From contig CAZIYW010000001.1 of the NCBI GenBank assembly GCA_964543525.1, positions 19,734 to 83,733 of the forward strand: DNA of 64,000 bases, given 5' to 3'. Under the pieces are notes generated by a model. That model had not been told where the DNA came from and ran no database searches. It worked only from the letters and a program-made list of their open reading frames with translations. Positions 57,751-64,000 of the stretch are shown in pieces (position 1 is the stretch's first letter; every line of letters begins with the position of its first letter). The stretch comes from an uncultured Fibrobacterota bacterium. GTDB lineage: Bacteria > Fibrobacterota > Chitinivibrionia > Chitinivibrionales > JANQEN01. A program made the translations under genes and the position numbers.

Positions 57751-58497
57751 ATGCCTTCGAAGAAAAAAATTATACCGCTTCGCATTATAATGCGTAAAAA
57801 TCATATCTGGATATCCGAATTATTGGTTATTATCCTTGTATCTGCCATTGTACTCAGCTTGCTCTTTCTCGGTATCATCGTTGTGAAAAATGACTTAACT
57901 ATAAGAAGAAATAACCGTACTATTACCTATGCAAAAAGTAACTGGAATTCACTGGCCGCAACCATTGATGAGCTGACTGAAAAGCATTTAGTGGCCTCCA
58001 CCCTCGACTCATTTGCACTCGGTAAATTATCCGATACAACACTCTGGACGCTGGTTGACCTCGTATATCAAAACAGTAAAACGTTCGGCTATGATCCGTT
58101 TCTGGTCCTGGCAGTTATTCATGTGGAAAGCATGTTTGATCCCGTTGCAAAGGGACAATACCGGGATGGACGATACAGCGGCGCCTTCGGCCTCATGCAA
58201 TTAAAACCGGAAACTGCACAGGGTGTGGCAAAGGCACTCGGTATTCCATACAGCGGCATGAAAGACCTTTTTAAACCGGAAATTAATATTCCACTGGGAG
58301 TTGCCTATCTCACCCAGCAGATCTCCCAATTTAAAAGTCTCAAACTGGGAATTCTTGCCTACAACCAGGGCCCCGGCACTATCCTTCATTCGCTTAAAAA
58401 TAAACAACCCCTCTCTATTCGGTACTATAATAAAGTTCTGAAAAGTTATTTTAAACTCAGAAAGATGCACAGAGTGTTGGAGGAATTTGAAAACTAA
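57751..58497 (+). CDS. lytic transglycosylase (SLT domain), membrane anchored
   Basis: An N-terminal TM is followed by the SLT motifs VIHVESMF, GAFGLMQL and AYNQGPG. Confidence 0.75.
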   Translation: MPSKKKIIPLRIIMRKNHIWISELLVIILVSAIVLSLLFLGIIVVKNDLTIRRNNRTITYAKSNWNSLAATIDELTEKHLVASTLDSFALGKLSDTTLWTLVDLVYQNSKTFGYDPFLVLAVIHVESMFDPVAKGQYRDGRYSGAFGLMQLKPETAQGVAKALGIPYSGMKDLFKPEINIPLGVAYLTQQISQFKSLKLGILAYNQGPGTILHSLKNKQPLSIRYYNKVLKSYFKLRKMHRVLEEFEN

Positions 58498-58595
58498 CAA
58501 CCGCTTTAAAGAAACTATCTTTATAAATCGTAATAATTAAAGTTCATTTTTCGTAATCCGATAAACAGTTCTATATTTTGAAGTATATTTATAGT

Positions 58596-59687
58596 ATGAC
58601 GAAACGCAGGGATGCATTAAAACTCGGTCTGTCGGCAATGGGGGTCGTGGCGCTAAGTCCGTGCAATGCAGTATGTAATGCATCCTCCAGAGATGCACAA
58701 TTCTGGGAGGCGGGGGATGGAGTTGTCACTTGCAAATTATGTCCCCGGTTCTGCGTTATTCGACCCGGTGCAACGAGTCCGTGTCGCACACGGCAAAACA
58801 GCGGCGGTACGCTTAAAACAATAGGGTATGCAAATCCCTGTGCGGTCCATGTTGATCCTATTGAGAAAAAACCGCTGTATCATGTCCTCCCTGGTGCAAA
58901 AGCATTTTCCATTGCAATTGCAGGATGTAACCTCAGGTGTAAAAACTGTCAGAATTACACCATCAGCCAGGCAAGCCCTCTGGACACACCGAATATGAAC
59001 TATCCCCCGAAGAAAGTTGTTGAAGAGGCGAAGCGAAGCGGGTGTACCACTATCGCGTATACCTATTCAGAGCCGATTGTCTGGTACGAATATATGTATG
59101 ATACCGCGAAACTGGCACACCAGGCGGGTCTGAAAAACCTCATGATAACCTGCGGGTATATTAATCCCGATCCCCTGAAAGCACTTGCGCCTTATATAGA
59201 CGCAGCCAATATTGATCTGAAAAGCTTCAGCAACAATATCTATAAAAAATTAAATGCCGGCAGGCTGCAGCCGGTACTTGACACGATAACTCTCTCACTC
59301 AGTCTCGGTATCTGGGTCGAAATTACCAATCTTATTGTCCCCGAATGGACGGATGATCTGAAAATGATCCGTAAGATGTGTCAATGGATTGTACAGTCAG
59401 TCGGCAAGGAAGTACCCATTCATTTTTCCCGATTCCATCCAATGTATAAACTTGCCCATCTCTATCCGACACCGAAAAAAGTCTTAACTGCTGCACGCAA
59501 TATTGCCAAGGAGGAAGGACTGCGATTTATCTATGTCGGCAATGTTGCGGGTACCGACTCGAATACATACTGTCCACAATGTAATAGGCCTGTTATCAAA
59601 CGATACGGCTATCTGGTCACTTCAAATAAAATCAAGGACGGCAAGTGCAGTTTTTGCGGGTATACTATAAACGGTATCTGGACCTGA
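58596..59687 (+). CDS. AmmeMemoRadiSam-system-type radical SAM enzyme (PflA-like) with twin-arginine signal-like N-terminus
   Basis: The track start 58578 is a TTG. ATG 58596 gives MTKRRDALKLGLSAMGVVALSPCNAVCNA. Family motifs are CKLCPRFC ... DPIEKKPLYH ... GCNLRCKNCQN. Confidence 0.75.
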   Translation: MTKRRDALKLGLSAMGVVALSPCNAVCNASSRDAQFWEAGDGVVTCKLCPRFCVIRPGATSPCRTRQNSGGTLKTIGYANPCAVHVDPIEKKPLYHVLPGAKAFSIAIAGCNLRCKNCQNYTISQASPLDTPNMNYPPKKVVEEAKRSGCTTIAYTYSEPIVWYEYMYDTAKLAHQAGLKNLMITCGYINPDPLKALAPYIDAANIDLKSFSNNIYKKLNAGRLQPVLDTITLSLSLGIWVEITNLIVPEWTDDLKMIRKMCQWIVQSVGKEVPIHFSRFHPMYKLAHLYPTPKKVLTAARNIAKEEGLRFIYVGNVAGTDSNTYCPQCNRPVIKRYGYLVTSNKIKDGKCSFCGYTINGIWT

Positions 59688-59732
59688 TAACCGTATACTA
59701 TTCTACCGTAATTCCGGAAAGGATTTAACCTC

Positions 59733-60119
59733 TTGCATAAAATTCGACTGCAATTGATTCTTATCCTCACAGTTCTGACACCACTCGGCTTTTATACTAA
59801 ATTTTATACCGGGCCTTTAAATAACTGGGTGAATAATTCACTCGGAGGATTGTTATATCTGCTTTTCTGGTGTTTTGTCGCTCTGTTCATCTTTCCGAAA
59901 GCCCGAGCCGTTACCGTTGCAGCAGGCGTATTCAGTATAACCTGCCTTCTGGAATTTCTCCAGTTGTGGCATCCGCAAGTTCTTCAGGCTATCCGCGGGA
60001 CCTTTATCGGGAAAACTGTACTCGGTACTTCATTTGTGTGGTCTGATTTTTTCTATTATATTGTCGGTTCGCTCCTTGGCTATTTTTTTATACGGATTTT
60101 AAATAAGCAACACCTGTGA
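59733..60119 (+). CDS. DUF2809-like small membrane protein
   Basis: 128 aa with a TTG start. YTKFYTGPLNNWVNNSLGGLLYLLFWCF resembles DUF2809 N-terminal regions. It has 4 hydrophobic helices. Confidence 0.45.
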   Translation: MHKIRLQLILILTVLTPLGFYTKFYTGPLNNWVNNSLGGLLYLLFWCFVALFIFPKARAVTVAAGVFSITCLLEFLQLWHPQVLQAIRGTFIGKTVLGTSFVWSDFFYYIVGSLLGYFFIRILNKQHL

Positions 60120-60132
60120 ATAAGTGTTACCG

Positions 60133-60235
60133 TCAGGTGTGTATAAAAATTCCTTTTACCTTATAATTCGCGCTGCTCCAATTTATCTTTTAACATAAGA
60201 AAATTGAGCGATCGCCTACATATCAGGTGTATATA
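60133..60235 (+). repeat. 13-nt direct repeat TCAGGTGT(G/A)TATA upstream of the ECF sigma gene
   Basis: Copies are at 60133-60145 and 60223-60235 (12/13 identical), 90 bp apart. A further CAGGTG lies at 60236-60241 (probably the RBS) and an inverted CACCTG at 60111-60116. Confidence 0.6.
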
Positions 60236-60247
60236 CAGGTGAGTGTT

Positions 60248-60736
60248 ATGGATCCATTACGGGTTAAAGAACTCTATGAGAAATACGGCTTTATCATATA
60301 TGGTCGTTGTATTCGCATACTGAGATCGGAAGATGACGCTAAGGATGCCATGCATGAGGTATTTCTCAAACTGCTCGACAACATTAACAAATTTCCCGAC
60401 AATACGCATATTATACCATGGATATATACGGTCGCACGGAATCACTGTTTCAATATCCTCAGAGGGAGAAAAAAGTTTGCATCGATATCTGATTTGGATC
60501 GCCTCTCCTTAAAACAGGAAACGGAAAAGGCGTATGGTGAAAAAATGCTGATTGAGCAGGTACTTAACGTGCATAACAAACGGGTTCAGGAAGCGGTTTA
60601 TTTTACCTATATGGAAAAACTGAATCAGAAAGATATACAGAAAATAACCGGCCAGTCACCGGCTACTATTCGCAGGAATCTGAATCGCTTTAAAAAAAGC
60701 ATACCACATCTTAAAAAAAGGCTTGGTATAGCATGA
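60248..60736 (+). CDS. RNA polymerase sigma-70 factor, ECF subfamily
   Basis: ATG 60248 follows AGGTGA. Region 2 is DAKDAMHEVFLKLL ... PWIYTVARNHCFNILR. The region 4 HTH is LNQKDIQKITGQSPATIRRNLNRFKK. Confidence 0.85.
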   Translation: MDPLRVKELYEKYGFIIYGRCIRILRSEDDAKDAMHEVFLKLLDNINKFPDNTHIIPWIYTVARNHCFNILRGRKKFASISDLDRLSLKQETEKAYGEKMLIEQVLNVHNKRVQEAVYFTYMEKLNQKDIQKITGQSPATIRRNLNRFKKSIPHLKKRLGIA

Positions 60737-61482
60737 GCGGACATGCAGTTGACAAACTAGCTATCGCATCCTATGTTACCGACGATCTGCCGCAGAGAAA
60801 GCGTACCGAACTGGAAACACACCTGCGGGAATGCGGGGTATGCCGTGCCTATTATGAGCAGCTAGTCCGGGAAAGAGAGAATTTCCTCGACAGATTCCCC
60901 TTTGAGCAATCAACACCGTCACGGCCCCACAACGTTGTTTCCTTTCCCGTGCCGTCCCGGCTGTATGCAATTGCTGCGTGCTTTCTCGTTTTACTGACCG
61001 GCGTGTGGATATATTACGCCTCACAGAAACCTGATACCATGAGAATAAAAGGCGGCAGTGATATCAGAGTTGTTGTACAAGGGATCGACGGTACTATTGA
61101 AGAACGATCATCTCATATCTATTATCCGGGAGAGCGTATTCAGTTCATTTATTCATGTGCAGATCGGAACAATTTCATGCTGTTTGGCCTGGACGAAAAG
61201 GGCACGCTCACAACCTATCTACCTGCAAAGGGCGACAACTCTATGACACTCACCAAAGGTGCCGACATACCCTTACCGCACAGCATTCTTCTCGATGACT
61301 ATATCGGCAACGAGCTCTTCATTGCTGTTTTTTCAGCACAGCAGTTATCGGTTTCGAATATGAAGCAGTATATTATGAAACAGTACACGGATGCCGGGAC
61401 CGTCGATACGATTCGGTTCAAAAAAACGAATAATTTCATAATCTCTTCCATCCTTATAACCAAACAAATACGCGAAAAATGA
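60733..61482 (+). CDS. zinc-finger (ZAS, HX3CX2C) anti-sigma factor, single-pass membrane protein
   Basis: There is an ATGA overlap with the sigma gene. It has H30-x3-C34-x2-C37 (THLRECGVC), the TM helix LYAIAACFLVLLTGVWIYYA and a ~150-aa extracytoplasmic domain. Confidence 0.7.
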   Translation: MSGHAVDKLAIASYVTDDLPQRKRTELETHLRECGVCRAYYEQLVRERENFLDRFPFEQSTPSRPHNVVSFPVPSRLYAIAACFLVLLTGVWIYYASQKPDTMRIKGGSDIRVVVQGIDGTIEERSSHIYYPGERIQFIYSCADRNNFMLFGLDEKGTLTTYLPAKGDNSMTLTKGADIPLPHSILLDDYIGNELFIAVFSAQQLSVSNMKQYIMKQYTDAGTVDTIRFKKTNNFIISSILITKQIREK

Positions 61483-63179
61483 AAATAAAAATCTATATAC
61501 TACTCCTGTTCATCGGTTCAGCAGCATATGCATCCCGGCATGCCCTGTTGGTAGGAAACAGATACGGCGGTTCTTTCCAGCCGCTTAAATATGTAAAGAA
61601 TGATATTGCAGATATCCAAACGGCGCTTACCCGGTTCTGCGGATTCGACGATGCAAACATTGCCGTTCGTATTGACAAATCAGCAAAGGAACTGGAATTG
61701 CTTCTGCACGAATTTGCCCGGCAGGGTTCATCCGATGATGATCTGTTTCTTTTCTACTTTTCAGGCCATGCCGATCACGAGAGCCTGCTTATGGGAAACA
61801 CCCGGTATCCGCTGGCAGATTTAAAGAAGCGGCTTAAATCGATACCGTCACAAATGCGGATAATCATCTTTGATGCGTGCCAGAGCGGCAGTTTTACCCG
61901 CTATAAAGGAGGTACTCTGGAAGAACCCTTTTTATATAAGGAAGGGAATAAAATCAAAGGCAGCATTGTACTTTATTCCAGCTCGGCCAACGAATATTCC
62001 CAGGAATCGGATATGTATAAAAATTCCGTGTTTACTTTTCATTTTATCAATGGGCTTCGCGGCTGCGCCGATATCTCCGGTGATAAAAAGATAACGCTTT
62101 CCGAAGCCTATCAATATTCCTATAACCGCACCGTCTCCTCGACCATTCATTCAACGGGGGGCGTACAACATCCGGGATATCAGTTCAGTATTCAGGGTGA
62201 GGGAAATGTGGTTCTCGCGGACATCACGGTCAGAACCTGCGGAATTATTCTCGATCAGGATATCGAAGAAACCATCGTGGTGCTGGGTAGCCGAAAGGAG
62301 CTGACTGCCGATCTGTCAAAGGAAAAAGGAACCAGGATTTTTATTGCAGTCAATCCAGGCACCTATGAGATATATAATAATAAAAAAGAGGTCTCATACA
62401 AAACAAAAATTACCGTGCGTGAAAATACCATTGTGACCCTCTCGAATGACATGCTCCGTAAAATGCGCACCATACCGGTCTATGCTAAAGGCGCGGAGAG
62501 ACGACCGGTTATTTTCGGTATCACCCTGACCGGCGGCTTTGTCGATTTCAACCTTTCCCAACTTGCGACACAGTGTAATACACAGTATAACGATTTTCAC
62601 CTGCTTTCCATGACCCCTTCATTTTCATTTCCCTCGGGTGTTTTCACCGGCGGTCTTGGTCTTGAAGTGAACTTTCGAAACGACGTGCAGGTATACCTCT
62701 CATTTGATTCGTTCCGACTGAAGGAGAGAATGGACTATGCAGGCACAGTATTCTCACCGGGGGATTCATTATCCTACCCTGCGCAATTACAGATCCATGA
62801 CACACTCTCCTGTCAGAGCTTCCATCTGGGAGTCGGGTATACCTTCCATCACCGGATACTGAAATTTATAACCCTTCGCGCAGGCATTGACTGGATTATT
62901 GCCGATTTTACCGTTAACAGTGTTTTTACCAACAGTCTCTACAGTTTGTCGACGAACACCACGTTTACGGATAACGGTTTTCTTGTGCTGCCTGAAGTTG
63001 GAGCAACATTCAAATACACTTTTCAGGCACCGTTCGCGCTCGGTGCGCTGATTTCATATCGATTACAAACCGGTGAAAAGGAACTGTATTCCCATGATGA
63101 TACCGGCTATCCGTTACAGTATAGCTTTTCCGGTGTAACTTTTTCACTCTTTGCCACCTATCTGCTGAACAAGCGGTAA
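61479..63179 (+). CDS. secreted caspase-family (peptidase C14) protein with ~320-aa beta-rich C-terminal extension
   Basis: There is an ATGA overlap with the anti-sigma gene. The signal peptide is MKIKIYILLLFIGSAAYA. The catalytic dyad context is FYFSGHA (His97) and IIIFDACQSG (Cys134), followed by the orthocaspase-like FTFHFINGLRGCAD. Confidence 0.85.
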   Translation: MKIKIYILLLFIGSAAYASRHALLVGNRYGGSFQPLKYVKNDIADIQTALTRFCGFDDANIAVRIDKSAKELELLLHEFARQGSSDDDLFLFYFSGHADHESLLMGNTRYPLADLKKRLKSIPSQMRIIIFDACQSGSFTRYKGGTLEEPFLYKEGNKIKGSIVLYSSSANEYSQESDMYKNSVFTFHFINGLRGCADISGDKKITLSEAYQYSYNRTVSSTIHSTGGVQHPGYQFSIQGEGNVVLADITVRTCGIILDQDIEETIVVLGSRKELTADLSKEKGTRIFIAVNPGTYEIYNNKKEVSYKTKITVRENTIVTLSNDMLRKMRTIPVYAKGAERRPVIFGITLTGGFVDFNLSQLATQCNTQYNDFHLLSMTPSFSFPSGVFTGGLGLEVNFRNDVQVYLSFDSFRLKERMDYAGTVFSPGDSLSYPAQLQIHDTLSCQSFHLGVGYTFHHRILKFITLRAGIDWIIADFTVNSVFTNSLYSLSTNTTFTDNGFLVLPEVGATFKYTFQAPFALGALISYRLQTGEKELYSHDDTGYPLQYSFSGVTFSLFATYLLNKR

Positions 63180-63188
63180 GGACACCCT

Positions 63189-63923
63189 ATGCAGAATATT
63201 AAAATCGGTATATATATCCTCCTTGCCCTGGCGACAGTCCTCTGTTCATGCAGCACAATGGTTGATGCAGTTTCAGGTGGCGACATAATTCCCTACCCCC
63301 GCACACCGGGTATCATCCCGCTCGACGCATTCAGTCAATTGGTCTATTCCCATACCGCACACGATACTTCAGGAAACAGCACCGCCGATCTCCATTGTGC
63401 AATCGGCGCTGTCTACGGTCTCGATTTCGACACCCTGCTCACCCCTATCACTGAGAAAAATTTCGAACAGAATTTCCAGCTCTACCTGTATGAATACGAA
63501 TGGGAGGACCTCGACAGCGGTATACTTGTCTCCTATCGGGAGCGTAATGTTGACACTACGGGCATCTATATTCACGGCGAATACTTCGGTGCACAGATAA
63601 CACTATACAAAAAACCGATTCTCTGGCTGAAATATCCTGCGGCAATCGGTGATACCTGGTACCGCGCATCGCCGGATTCCACCGATACCCTGCTCCCCCG
63701 GTATGAAGTTCTTGATACCTCTGCCGTTTTTTCAATACCCTGCCAGGAAGAGGATGCAATGTCCCCGGTGGAATGTGTTCAATGCTACCTGTATAAAAGA
63801 ACTGAGGCAGATACTGTCGGGTACTATTATTACACCCGTCAGTACGGTCTGGTTGGTTACCTCGAATATATTCACAGCATCTTAAGAAGAACCGTGCTGC
63901 TTAAAAGCTATAATCCCTCATGA
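63189..63923 (+). CDS. hypothetical lipoprotein
   Basis: The signal peptide has Cys residues in LATVLCSCS (an imperfect lipobox). It starts 9 nt after the caspase gene, following AAGGACA. No family recognised. Confidence 0.45.
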   Translation: MQNIKIGIYILLALATVLCSCSTMVDAVSGGDIIPYPRTPGIIPLDAFSQLVYSHTAHDTSGNSTADLHCAIGAVYGLDFDTLLTPITEKNFEQNFQLYLYEYEWEDLDSGILVSYRERNVDTTGIYIHGEYFGAQITLYKKPILWLKYPAAIGDTWYRASPDSTDTLLPRYEVLDTSAVFSIPCQEEDAMSPVECVQCYLYKRTEADTVGYYYYTRQYGLVGYLEYIHSILRRTVLLKSYNPS

Positions 63924-64000
63924 TTTTCCCCACTTTTTTGAGCGATTTTACATTCCTCAGTTGTGATATATATGAGCACTTATATCCCTCCCGTTTAATT

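Noticed and set aside
1-64000. Scan for CRISPR arrays, tRNA/rRNA genes, transposases, integrases, phage genes, toxin-antitoxin pairs and known defence-system hallmarks
   Set aside because: I found no spaced identical repeats, no tRNA-like T-arm/acceptor patterns in the intergenic gaps, and no DDE, tyrosine or serine recombinase motifs in any ORF. The scan was by eye, so small or degenerate elements could have been missed.

Overview
This is a 64-kb chromosomal segment from a diderm bacterium. All product calls rest on motif and architecture recognition in the supplied translations plus my own reading of the DNA; no database or HMM search was possible. The taxon cannot be fixed. A class I-beta DAHP synthase with a C-terminal chorismate mutase, a split class I fumarase, PPDK and usable Shine-Dalgarno sites suggest an anaerobic FCB-group or Fibrobacteres-like lineage (inference only).

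Layout:
- 1-5.3 kb: a TolC/MacA/MacB-type efflux operon on the minus strand, with two FtsX permeases. The last permease is truncated by the window edge.
- 5.6-14.7 kb: housekeeping genes (plsC, DAHP synthase/chorismate mutase, KamA-like radical SAM, citrate synthase, malic enzyme, fumarase alpha/beta).
- 14.8-42.9 kb: a ~28-kb, 22-23 gene envelope-glycan locus in three operons. It holds five large GT-C-like polytopic membrane proteins and three polyprenol-phosphate-type GT2 enzymes. It also holds two GT4, three radical SAM enzymes (one B12-binding, two SPASM/twitch-like), two AsnB-type amidotransferases, two methyltransferases, a DUF354-like protein and a Wzx-type flippase.
- 43-59.7 kb: a FecR-domain/beta-barrel-like protein, nadC, coaX, mscS, nnr, thpR, an orphan ParA-like ATPase, a PHP phosphatase, ppdK, a GH57-like/STAS/SLT operon and a Tat-signal AmmeMemoRadiSam-type radical SAM enzyme.
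- 60.2-63.9 kb: a translationally coupled operon of ECF sigma factor, zinc-finger (ZAS) anti-sigma factor, secreted caspase (C14) with a beta-rich C-terminal extension, and a lipoprotein.

I recognised no rRNA, tRNA, CRISPR array, transposase or integrase.

The best candidates for something new are the radical-SAM-rich, multi-GT-C glycan locus and the sigma/anti-sigma/caspase module.
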